A stretch of DNA of 64,000 bases, taken from Geosiphon pyriformis uo1. Its lineage: Eukaryota; Fungi; Glomeromycota. The stretch spans positions 66,043-130,042 of the forward strand of contig JAAOMT010000570.1 in assembly GCA_016748015.1 (NCBI GenBank), given 5' to 3'. Below are positions 26,451 to 38,256 of the stretch, one piece after another. Positions within the stretch are counted from its first letter, which is position 1. Every line of letters starts with the position of its first letter. A program made the translations under genes and the position numbers. The notes under the pieces were generated by a model. The model saw only the letters and a list, made by a program, of their open reading frames with translations, did no database searches and was not told the origin of the DNA.

Positions 26451-27022
26451 ATCAAAAAAAAAGGTAATATTACCTTTAAACCAATTATCTAAATAAATTT
26501 TTTAAGTAATTCACCCATTTGATTGCGTCAATGCTTCAAAAATATCGTGTAAATATTAATAAGATCATGTCTCGATTTTTGGAATTAATAAAGCCCCTCG
26601 AAAATTATGAATTTTTTAATAATCAAATCAAAATTAAAATCAAATTAATTATTTACTTTCCTTAAACATTTAATCACAATGACTTTATCCATTCATTAAA
26701 AAGTTTCATCTGATTTGATATTTTTAAATTATTCCAAAATCAAAAATTATAAAAAGATCATTTGAAAGTGAATATTTTGGCTCTTTAGTCGACTTTCCAT
26801 CGATTCAATTTTAACGACCTTTTTACGATTATTCCGTTGTTCTTTTCTATTTTTTGCTTTACGAATCTCATTTCTTTCCTTTCCCATTTCTTGGTTTACG
26901 AAATTGAACGACGGAAACTTAATGAACCATTTTGGCTTCTAAATAACGACGAATTTTTTACAAAAATAACAATTTGCCACACAAACTAAATTATAAAACC
27001 ACGATTCCCGATTAAAATAATA

Positions 27023-28411
27023 ATGGTGTTAAAAACGATCACTAAAAAGCAGTTCATTTCATTAATCGTTGGTTCACTGACCCTTCTTCTCATAAATCAT
27101 AATCCAATTGTTGATTCGAAACCCATTCGTCTGTTCAAGCTTGAAAAACGTCTCACACATCGGGAATATGGTTTTCGTACGGAGGCTGGTCAATGGAAAC
27201 TCGCTTGCCTAGAAGCTGGTACACCAACTGGCACTTCACCTGTACAAACTGGTACCTCAACTAGAACAGGCACAGAGACTAGTGCACCAACTGGCACTTC
27301 GGCTGTATCAACTAGTACCTCAACTGGACCGGCCACGGGAACTGGTGGACCAACTGGCACTTCACAATGTACGGAAACTAGTACGCCAACTGGAACAACT
27401 GGACCGGCCACGGAAACTGGTACACCAACGTCTTCGGCTATACCAACTTGTACCTCAACTGGAACGGCCACGGGAACTGGCACTTGGGCTACTTCTACTG
27501 GAACGGGGACGGGAACTAGCGCACCAACTGGCACTTCGGCTATACCAACTGGTACCTCAACTGGAACGGCCACGGGAACTGATGCATTAACTGAGTCTTC
27601 AGCTGTATCAACTGGTACCTCAACTGGAACAGGCACGGGAACTAGTACACCAGCTGGTTCTTCGACTATACTAACTGGTACCTCAACTGGAACGAACACG
27701 GGAACTGGCACTTCGGCTACCTCAACTGGAACGGGGACGGAAACTGACACTTCAACTATACCAACTGGTACCTCAACTGGAACGGGCACGGGAACTGGTA
27801 CATCAACTGACGCTTCGGCTATATCAACTGATACCTCAACTGGAAAGGGCACGGGAACTGGTGCATCAACTGAGTCTTCAGCTGTATCAACTGATACCTC
27901 AACTGAAACGGGTACGGAAACTAGTGGAACAAAAACTGGCTCAGAAACTGCCCCACTAACTAGTACATTAACGAGCGCAAGAACAGGGACAAAAACAGGC
28001 ACTGCAACAGCCAAAGAAACTGTCCATTGCCCTCGATTTGAATTAACCGGACAATTCACAAATCTTAAGGGCTATCGTCCAAGCTACCAATTGCGAGCCT
28101 CCCTCCAATTTATTGACCCTTCAGGACAAAACCGGACTGTCGACCTTACCTCCCTTCTTCATCAAAATATCCAAGGTAGACCTGGGAGCACAACGACTCC
28201 TGCAACCATTCCATACCAAGCACAAGCACCATCTAATGAAATATTGAAAACTTTCTTTGAAGCACAAAATATTAAATCTTCCCAACTCCAATTTACAGAA
28301 AAGATATCATCTGGTGCCAGAAATTTTGTCTTCCCTTTGACGCCTGGGTCTGGATCATCATCGACATTAACACCAACATCGACTACCAGTGGCGTAACCT
28401 CACCTTCGTAA
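27023..28411 (+). CDS. Secreted Thr/Gly/Ser-rich mucin-like repeat protein
   Basis: Intronless 462-aa ORF with a hydrophobic N-terminal segment, a LEKR (Kex2-like) site, internal S(A)[13 protein letters not shown] repeats and a non-repetitive C-terminal domain. Confidence 0.85.
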   Translation: MVLKTITKKQFISLIVGSLTLLLINHNPIVDSKPIRLFKLEKRLTHREYGFRTEAGQWKLACLEAGTPTGTSPVQTGTSTRTGTETSAPTGTSAVSTSTSTGPATGTGGPTGTSQCTETSTPTGTTGPATETGTPTSSAIPTCTSTGTATGTGTWATSTGTGTGTSAPTGTSAIPTGTSTGTATGTDALTESSAVSTGTSTGTGTGTSTPAGSSTILTGTSTGTNTGTGTSATSTGTGTETDTSTIPTGTSTGTGTGTGTSTDASAISTDTSTGKGTGTGASTESSAVSTDTSTETGTETSGTKTGSETAPLTSTLTSARTGTKTGTATAKETVHCPRFELTGQFTNLKGYRPSYQLRASLQFIDPSGQNRTVDLTSLLHQNIQGRPGSTTTPATIPYQAQAPSNEILKTFFEAQNIKSSQLQFTEKISSGARNFVFPLTPGSGSSSTLTPTSTTSGVTSPS

Positions 28412-30149
28412 ATATGTAATATCAAAATGTTAGTTTTTTTGTCGTGTGACCCTGATTGTAAAAAAAAATATTGTAAATATAAAAACAAAAATGTATTCAT
28501 CCCCTATGTAAAATTCGCTCGTTTTAGTTGTCAACATATGTCTTAAATGTAACAAGAGAAATTGCCCCAAATTATGTCCTCAAAATTTTAATAAGAAATT
28601 ATGTAAGCTTTTTATAATAATTATTATGAAATTCAAATGATTGTCGTAAATTCAATCAAAATTTTCTTTGGAAAATGAGAAATGATGAAACCCTTAATAG
28701 TAAGCACATTTGTACCATTATCAATGAAGATATTCAATTTTGATCCAACTGGTTTGTAAAAATGAATAAAAAACAAGCAAATTTTATTTCAAATTGTATT
28801 AAAAATTAATACGTATTATTATAGATATCCCATTGTGTCTACCCATACTTTTTTAGCATTATAATAAGTTATTTCTTGATCATGTAAATTAAATTTAACC
28901 ATTTTACTTTCGAAAGAAATTAAAAAAATAACACTATTTAATTTATTAAATTTGATCTATTTGTCAAAATATAAAGGTTTTGCATTTAAGAATAACCATC
29001 ATTAAATGAAATTAACAAATAAGTGTTTTAAACTAATTAAATTTTAAAAAAATTGGAATTTTACCAAATAAATAAATTTTCATATTCATAAATGATTAAA
29101 GTATTAAATTAATTTGTGTTATAATAGTTTTTAAATCATCAAAACACAACATTTAACATAATAAAATGTTTTATAAAACTATTTTTTCTTCAATCAAGCT
29201 AAATAAAGTTAGAATTTTGATTGTAATATACAATTATAACATAAATTAAAATTAATTATATTCATATAATTTGGAGTTATAACCACTTAAAATTTTTTAT
29301 AAAAATAAAAATAATAGTAATAAGTTTAACATATATAGTAATTAGAATTTTTTATTAATAAATATGTCATAAAAATTAAATTTAAATAATTATAAAATTA
29401 AATCTTAAAAACATATTTTATTGCACAAATTTTTAGTTAATATTTATTGAAAATAACAAAAACTTATTTTATATTGTATTAGTAAAAACTCTTTTTTTAG
29501 AATAATATATTTTGAGAACAAACTTATTTAAATAGTTTTATTGAAACATAAAATATTAAGTTTTGTTTTTTCTTGATTTTAAAATAAGAAACATGAATTT
29601 CGAAATATTTATTTAAAATATTGTAAATTAATTATGTTTTAAGCTTATATATACAATTATTTTTGTAATTATTATCAAGTTTGAAATAAATTTTAATTAT
29701 ATTTAAACTTAAATATTAAGTTTTTGTAAATAAATTATTTTAAAATTATGTCAAAATTTAAATTAAATAATAAATTAAGTAGTTTGTATAGAAATTATAA
29801 TATGTTATTATTTATATATTAAAAATAAAAACAATTTTTTATTTTTATATTTATTAAATTAAATTTTAATTCATATATTTAATTTTTTAAAAAAACCATA
29901 TAATAAAAATAATTTTATTTTTTAAAAAATTATAATAAAATGTATTTATTCAATACTATAAAGCTAAATTTTATAAATATTATTAATTATTAAAAATTTC
30001 AAGAAAAATATATTAAAACTTTAACAATTAATCTTTTTTTTTAAATTTTTAATCTCAAAAAAATCCAAAATTTTAAATTAAAAAATATAATTATTAAACA
30101 AATATAATAAATTTATAAAACTTACAATTATACAAAAATTAAAAAAAGT

Positions 30150-30715
30150 ATTAATTAAATATTATATAAACACTATTAATATTTTAATAATAAAACACCA
30201 AAAAAATTATTGTTAAAGCAATTAAAAAAGCCAAAATATTTATAATTTAATCACAACTTATCACATTTTAGCACAAAGTTTTATTTTTCTCTTAAAAAAC
30301 ACAAAACTGGTGGTTTAAGAAATGTTAAAAAAAACTTTTTTTTAAAATTTAAAGTTAAAATTAATGATAGTAATAATTGCTTCTTAGCTATTTTATTTTT
30401 CCAGGCCATTTGAAAAAAAAACATTAACTTTACTGCTGGTTTATTGTTAAAAATTTTTAAACTCTTAATAATAGTTGTGAAAACACTAAAACTGTTCTTG
30501 ATGTGTTGTTTCAAACTTTGGCTGGTGAATAACTTTAGTCAAAAAGAAAAATTACTTTAAATTTTTTTATTTAAATACTTTTACAACATTTTGTTTAGCT
30601 GCCTTTACTATTGAGAAGGCTTTCTCAGTTATTGCTTTCTTAGTTATATTATGAGCAATATTGGTTGCTTTTTTTTTCTTTTGCTCTGGTTGTGAATGTA
30701 AAATCTACAAGGCTA
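30150..30715 (-). mobile_element. 5' end of another half-LINE-family ORF1 copy
   Basis: ORF 30281-30514 (SLKIFNNKPAVKLMF) matches the ORF1 N-terminus at about 3700-3760 and 24620-24700. Confidence 0.65.
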
Positions 30716-30819
30716 AGAGAGTTTTTAATTATAATATAATATATATATTGTTAATTAATAAAACGGTCGAATTCGCATACCTAAACGTGTTTACTTTTCA
30801 AACCTTGTTTGATCTAAGC

Positions 30820-30921
30820 TTAAAATATTTTTTTCTAATTGTCCATAATCCCATATCTTGATGGTTTCATCATCAGAGGCTGATGCGAAAAAACTGCGAT
30901 TAGGGGAGGTTAGCTATTCGT
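30820..30921 (-). pseudogene. Isolated WD40 fragment resembling the VPS15 C-terminal propeller
   Basis: SPNRSFFASASDDETIKIWDYGQLEKNI, with an upstream frameshift and a stop shortly after. Confidence 0.4.
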
Positions 30922-31315
30922 CTTTGGCGAGGTAGAGCTTGTTTGGTCTTCTTTTCTCAAAATTCTGTAAGATATCAAGAAATGTTAATGAAAATTGTAA
31001 ATAGAGAAATTAAACGGATGGGAATACATATCATTTCCTCAGGGAGTTGTTGTGATCTAGCAATTATTTAACCATCTGATTTTTGATTATCGTCATTTTT
31101 GTTACTCTGATAACCGACAAAAGGGCTTTCTTTTCAATGACTTTATTAAATTGTGGCGAGAATCCGACAATTGTTTCTCGCTTTTTCAAAATATAATTCA
31201 TTACTAAACTGTTGAAAAAAGTGTAATTCCACTATCTTCAGCTAATATTACAATTTACAGTGTTAAAAACATTCTTTATTCTGTCATAATTATTTCTAAG
31301 GATTTATCGGGTTTT

Positions 31316-31941
31316 TTATCCTGTAACTTGTTTTATCAATTTTGCTAAATTTATGTCAAACAATTCGCTGCGGATTGGCATCTCAGGTGTATAAAATGGA
31401 TTCTTCATCACGAAATCGCCATAGATATCATAGGTGCGACGCAAAACTAGATCGATATTTGGATGACTTGGGTCAGAAAGTATAAGGAACTTCGTACCTG
31501 CGTTGGAAAAGAAACCATCATATTTTGAGGTTATATGACGTTATCATGCTTACACAAGTGCCAAAGAACTCGACACTGTTTGATAAGATTCAAACCTGTC
31601 AAAGTCTGATAGCAATAGAGCTTGAAGGTATCCGCATCTAGGACTTCTAATCCACTGGAGGTAGCATTACGAATTGGACTTATTTTTGAGGTAATAGCAT
31701 GGACACTTTGTTTAAAAGGATCAAAAGTTATCCATTTCTTTATAAGCTTCGACTAGATGATTTTTGATTTTTAAAAATCTTTGATTCCAGTCTTGAGATC
31801 TTTAAAACAATATATATACCTGTGAAAGGTTGCTGCTAATACCAAATACTCATTATCTGTCAGTTTAGCAAGTCCTTCACTAAAATCTTTTTGATATATT
31901 AGGCCGCCCGCTTTGTTGATAATATAAAGAGAGAATATCAT
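31316..31941 (-). CDS. TRS23: TRAPP complex subunit Trs23/TRAPPC4 (3 exons)
   Basis: [20 protein letters not shown]...[11 protein letters not shown] / [12 protein letters not shown] / [23 protein letters not shown], with GT-AG introns. Confidence 0.93.
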
Positions 31942-32829
31942 TTTGTTGTAATATTAAAAGTTTTACCACACAGAGACAATGTGATTTTTTAAACCACTCT
32001 CCTATCTAAAGCTCTATTTAATACTTCTGAATCCTGAAAATTTTAAAGAGGAAAAGAAAGGTTTAAATGTCTCCCTAATTTCCTAAATTCCAGGTTAAGA
32101 TCACTGATGCATCAAGTGATATGCACATTGCATAGTATTATTATTTAAATACCTCTAGGCTCGAGCTTTTAATATCATATTTTTGTTTTTGCATAAATTT
32201 TCGGCGGTGATCGTTCGTAAGTTTTCTATTTACATGAATTTATCATAGTTTTGGGCTTTGCTTTTCTTTCTTGATGTTGGCATCGTGATAAGCAACAGTG
32301 AGAGTGTCAACTTAGAGTGATGAAATCTTTGGTAACCGGAAATTCTTTTTTGGCTGCTACCCCCGTCACGCTGGCAACTACATTTTCCTTGTCTTTTTTA
32401 CTGAGACAGGTATTCGTGTTGCCGAACCTTTTTATAAGTGGTGTTTTGTCATTTATTACAAAAGCGCCTGGGTGTGTGAGTTTGCCAGGACGAAAAACAG
32501 GCGAATCTGATCAGTTGACAAGTTCTATGTATACCGAATCTTATCAAATATAGAATTCGATTCGATTCACTCAATTCTCATAACTAATTCAAATTTCCTT
32601 TTTTCCTCAATTCAAGAATTTAGGCTCTCAATTTCACAAATAATTGGCCCATTGCCAAATCTTGACAATTTATTTTCTTTCTCCTGGCCAAATTTACTGT
32701 AGCCTTTTATTTTATACATTATTTTTAGAATTCACATTCTTTTATCTATTATCAGCTTAATTCTCAACTTTCATTCCTTAATTCAAAGGAAAGTTTTATT
32801 AGCCACAAAAATCTCCGAGGTTTGATAAA

Positions 32830-35800
32830 ATGACTGCACCTCTTAATCTTCGTTTTTGCCACGAGGATTCCCCAGCTTTCCGGAAAGAACTTGTTGAGTG
32901 TGAAGAGTCTGTTGTTGAGCTTGAAAATACTATAAAAAATCTTGTCAAATCTGCGCGAGCAAGCGTAGAGCTGGCTAGGGGTAGGTATACTTTAATGTCC
33001 TACTAAATGAGTTGAGAATCTTGATGAGTTTATGTCCTAAGTTACTCCTGAAAATATTGTAATTTTTCAAAATCAAACAATAGATTTTGTAATTTACATT
33101 TTCTCTGAATTTTGTTTCCAACTGTTGTCATTGTAGAGTACACGTCCAAGCAATTGCAATTTGCGGAAGAGCTTGGTAACTTTGCGAAACAGCAGCCAGA
33201 TTCTTTGATAAGTGAGTTGATATGAGAAAGTTACCCTGGATCAAACTTATTTCTAACATCAAAAACTGAAATCAAAATGTACATAATTGGATCCAATCTG
33301 CAATTGACCCAATAAGAATCTGTGCTAGCGAAATATTCCTCGTCGCTTCAAGAGGTTGAAAGAAGTCGAATAATGCTAGTAAATATAAATCAATTCATAA
33401 ACAATTTCTTATGTGATTTCCCAATTAATACTATATTTTGACCCGCCAAATAGCATTTGCATATGTGTAATATGTTCATTGAACCAGTTGAAGCCTTCAG
33501 CAAAAATGAAATAGCTCCTTTGAAGGTTAAATAAAATATTTATTGAGGCTTTACTTTCTAAAATATGGGTCTTTAAACTGACTTGCACAACATTAATTAT
33601 CAGGAAGTCAAAAAAAATTTTGAGCGGGCTAGCAATGAAGCCGATAACGCCCTGGCAAAATATATGAGTAAAAGACCGAAAGATCAAATGATTCCTGAGG
33701 TAGCCTAAAGCTCGATTTATGCATATATTCTTATATTAATATTAAGAAATATTTGTTACACTCTGCTTTCTTCTCTTTAAATTAGGCATCCGCAGAAGTG
33801 ACGGATACACGGCGAGAGTTTCATCGGCGCTATCTTGAATACATTTCAAAGCTCAATCAACTCCAAGCAAAGAAAAATTTCGAATTTATGGAATATGTAC
33901 GTAGGATTTATAAGAAATAAGATTGTGATTAGTAGTAGCGAGATCTAACTTGAACCCATTAAAATTTTCACCAAAATATGTGCAACTTCCAGATTTTAGC
34001 GTTAATGTTTACGGAATCGGCGTTCTACCACCAAAATTATGAAACAATGAAAGACTTAGAGCCACACATGAAGGATGTAACAAGTAAATAGGATATTTCT
34101 TTTTGTGTGGTGAATGTCCACAAATGTTAATGTTAGTTTGCTATTTTCTTGATATTTTTAGGGCTTTTACACGAGGTATAGTTGTATTATAAAATAAAAC
34201 ATTTAAACCGATATCTAATAATTTTGGCTTAAATAGGCCAGGACTCAATACGATAATGATTTTTTAGAATCTCAAGCACTCAAGAAGAGTTTGATAGAGG
34301 TGCGAAAATCTGAGATGCTCTATTGAGATTCTGGCGTCGACTAAGTTCTTTTTGTTAATTGCAGACCGCTCACGAAACATACAACCCGATGCGTCCTTCC
34401 AAAGAAATCAAGAACGGAGATTATGTTCCCTCATATAAATCGAGTCCATCATCATCACACACCAACAAAAAATCAGGCTATCTCTTCAAAAAAGGGAATC
34501 AACGCGTCCTACAATCATGGACACGGCGCTATTTTATGATAGATGGTGAATACTTAACATCCTGTGCGCGAAATGGAAAGGTATTTCAACTTTTTATAAT
34601 CTCTTGACTTTTTAGGGTTCGAGATGTGATTAGAAAGGAATCACGGGTTTGATGGTAAGGGGTCTTTTGTGAATTTTCAAAAAGACAGTGTAAGCTGATG
34701 TGAAGGGTGATGGTCAAAAGGTTTCCAAAGACGATGAAGATACGGTGTTGATCAATTTAAGAGTCTGTCATATTAAGCCTGTAAATAATTCTGATCGGCG
34801 ATTTTGTTTCGAGATAATTTCTCCAATGAGGTGAATTTTTCCTGCTTTAGGGTACCTTTCTATTCTATGCAAATTATATTAACTATGGGCATTTCATAAT
34901 AAAATTTTTAAAGAACTTATGTACTACAGGCTGAGAATCAAGAGGAAATGGATGATTGGGTTCAGTGTTTGCAGACTGCAGCTAAAGATGCCCTATATGC
35001 TGGTCAATCGCCAACAAATAGTGACCGAGATGACGGCGAGGTCAATGTATGAACATCTTAAAATTTATTAAGACTCAAACAGGTGTCTGGCATGTAGAAC
35101 GTTTAAAAATAATCTTTTGACTCGTAGGAACTTTCCCAATATGAGGTTGTTAATGGAAACGACCTGCCTGAAGAAAATGGTGCCATTAATGGAACCCCTA
35201 AAAATTTACGACCTTCTATTCAACAAATCATCGATTTGCCTGGTAATCAAATTTGTGTCGACTGCAAATCACCGGGTAAGTTAAAAATTTGATTAAATTG
35301 CTAATTTTCTTTCAAGTACTAAATAAAAATGCCCCATTTCCCTCCTAGATCCGCAATGGGCCAGCACTAATTTTGGTACTTTATTATGCATTGAATGCTC
35401 GGGTATTCATCGTAGCCTTGGAGTCCATGTAAGCAAAGTTAGGTCTTTGGCCTTGGATAAATGGGAACCACATGCGATCGAAGTAATGTTAAGATTAGGG
35501 AATGAAAAAGCTAATCAGATATATGAGGGGCAAATAATGGACAATCAAAAGTTATGTGCCGAAAACTGGTTAGAATTAGACAGGTATTGATAATTAAATT
35601 TCCCATATTTTAATTATATCTTTTCATGAACAAAACTAAGATATTTTTTATAGATCTGAGCGGGAAAAGTTTATCCTAGCAAAATATGTTAAAAAGGAAT
35701 ATATAGCCAACAAGGAGGAAGTTAATTCACCACATATCCATTTGGTGAGTTCAATATCTTTGAGAATAGCAAATTTTAAATAAACTGCTGGCTAACTTCT

Positions 35801-36577
35801 TTCGTATTTTAGGCATTCTGGGAGGCCATGCAAAAAACAGATTTGGGCGAGGCCCTTAAATATTTACCACTTGGTGCAAACGTGGATTATAAGAACGAAG
35901 CTCAAAATTCCACAACCGCTTTGCATCAAGCGATACTGCGGAGTGATGATATAGCCGTGGAATTTTTGCTACAATGGTTCTGCGACATTAATGCAATTGA
36001 TAATGACGGGTGGAGTGGATTGCACCACGCCGCGGCAACGAATAATGCCCGACTTTTGCTCACTCTTATGAAGAGGCATGCCAATATTACCTTAAAAGAT
36101 AAACAGGGAAAGGTAATTTCTGGTGCACAAATTGATCATATTTTGTCTACATCCATTATTTCCCAAGATAATCAAACTTCTAATGTGTAGGCCCCTGTTG
36201 ACATAGCTGTCGAGCGCCAACACGTGCGAGCGGTTACAGCCTTGCGTCTTTATCAATTTGAGAATCAATTAACTCGATCAGAATATTCCAATTTTGGTCT
36301 AGATGAGGCTTTGTCAAGCGTAAGCAAACCCTCCTATCGAAGTGCATCTGCGAGTCTGGATTTGAAAATTTCAACAAATTCTGGGAGAGTTCATAGTGCG
36401 CCTTCAACCCCACCACCGTCTTCACGTCCGAATTCTGATGACTCCTTTTCCGTTCGGACTAGCGTTGATACAGCAATTCTAACGCCCCCAGTTCCTTCAT
36501 CTACGCAACCGCGTTTTACATTCTTAAAACTCCCGACTTTTGGACCGATGCCTTGGGAGGCCAGTGATAGTGACTAA
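32830..36577 (+). CDS. BAR-PH-ArfGAP-ankyrin protein (ACAP/centaurin-beta family), multi-exon
   Basis: EDSPAFR BAR start; PH KSGYLFKK...WTRRYF; ArfGAP CVDC...WASTNFGTLLCIECSGIHRSLGVHVSKVRSL; ankyrin repeats TALHQA and SGLHHAA. Confidence 0.92.
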
Positions 36578-36787
36578 AGTACCGAAATTCAATTTCTTAC
36601 CATGTCCCCCTAGCCGTTTAAGACCAATCGATTGATATTTATTGTTACCAAATATTGTATTTTTCCGAATTATTGTACATTATCACGCATTTTCAATCTC
36701 ACACACTAATAAGTCCATCAGTTATAAATAGTTTGCTTCTTCATATTGGTTCTTTTTTTTTGGGATAAAGAAATAATATCCTTTGAT

Positions 36788-37606
36788 TCAAACAATGGGT
36801 GGTGTAACACTTGGATTTAATTTCTTTTCTGCTAATGATTTTAATGATGATGCTGTGACTTGATCGTTTGCACCCACAGGTAGTAGTGGAGGTTTCCTCG
36901 ACCCTGGCAAGCTCCCATCAACAAACTCTGTTTTTCCAGGCAACTTATCGGCGACTAATTTCATCACCTCTTTTGCCACCTCTTTTCTCATTCCCCCGCC
37001 GCCTATTTCAAACACAATCTTGTTCATAGGGACACGACATGCCCAATATTCAACTGAACCTTTACCTTTGCCCATACGGCACTCATTTCCCTTAGAAGTA
37101 ACTGGGATATCAGGAAAAACACGCATCCACATTTTTGCCCCTCTGATAGGTTTAATTTTTCTCTTTATGGCATGGTGACAAGCTGTCAATTGAGCGCTAG
37201 TAAGCCGTATTCCAAATTTGACGCGTATACCATAATCACCAAAGGCGAGATAATTGCCTTTGGTAGACCCGCCAGTCCGTACAGGCACTCGACCTTTATG
37301 CGCCTTTTTATATTTACGGCGTTTAGGAACAAAGTCAGCTCGAAAACGTCTTTGTTCTGCTCGAATATTACCTGGTAAAAAGTTTGTTCTTGGCAAAAGT
37401 GTGGTATTTGGAAAGAAAACTGAGTTTCTTACTAATGCTGAGTTGAAAAAAGTGAAAAAAGTTCCAAAGTTACAAGGACGTGTGGTTGATTCAATTTTCA
37501 CTGGCCTATGTCCACGATTGATTTGGCTGTCCCGGGGAGACATATGGATATAAAAGGGTTTGAAAGGCACCGAAACATATCTTCTAAAAATCTCCCTAAA
37601 TCCCAT
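36788..37606 (-). CDS. MRPL16: Mitochondrial ribosomal protein uL16m
   Basis: PKRRKYKKAHKGR, RVFPDIPVTSKGNECRMGKGKG, and an N-terminal presequence-like extension. Confidence 0.95.
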   Translation of the reverse strand: MGFREIFRRYVSVPFKPFYIHMSPRDSQINRGHRPVKIESTTRPCNFGTFFTFFNSALVRNSVFFPNTTLLPRTNFLPGNIRAEQRRFRADFVPKRRKYKKAHKGRVPVRTGGSTKGNYLAFGDYGIRVKFGIRLTSAQLTACHHAIKRKIKPIRGAKMWMRVFPDIPVTSKGNECRMGKGKGSVEYWACRVPMNKIVFEIGGGGMRKEVAKEVMKLVADKLPGKTEFVDGSLPGSRKPPLLPVGANDQVTASSLKSLAEKKLNPSVTPPIV

Positions 37607-38256
37607 AGTGGCGAAAGAATCGTGTTTGATGCACCAAGTAAAATTTTTGATTTTTATAAATTAGAACACATAAAAAAAAATCTGAAGCCAACTTAGTTTT
37701 ACAAAAAATCAGTTTCAAAGATATTAAATAGTATAAATGTAAATAATAATCTTTACAACTTTTAAGTTAATAATATGACTTTTAATCAAACCAATTTTTT
37801 ATATAATTTCTCAAAGTTTCAGCAAAAAAAAAGTATTGGCATATTTTTAAACTAGTTGTAATTTAAAGCATAAAAATTGTGGCTTAAGTTATGTTTATAA
37901 TTAATCATTTCAGTTTCATCTCGAAAATTAATTTTTTTAATATTAATTCTTTTAAAACACATTAAAAATAAAAGCTATATATTTTATGTAATTTAAGTAA
38001 TTTTTTATACATGTTGGTAATTTTGATTTAATAATCCTAATATAAATTAAACAGTTTTTGATTGAAATTATTTTATAATTCAGTTTCAATTTAATAAAAC
38101 ACATTTTAATTGATTGATTATTATTAACATACAATTCACATCTTGACAACTGATTGTTTAGTGTATTCTTGATAAATTTTGTAAATGCACCTTTTTAATC
38201 TAAAATTTTTGCTTATCATTTACTAAGAGATCGAACTAAATTATTTCTGTATCTAC

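Noticed and set aside
27190-28059. 289-aa antisense Val/Pro-rich ORF
   Set aside because: Shadow of the Thr/Gly repeat coding strand.
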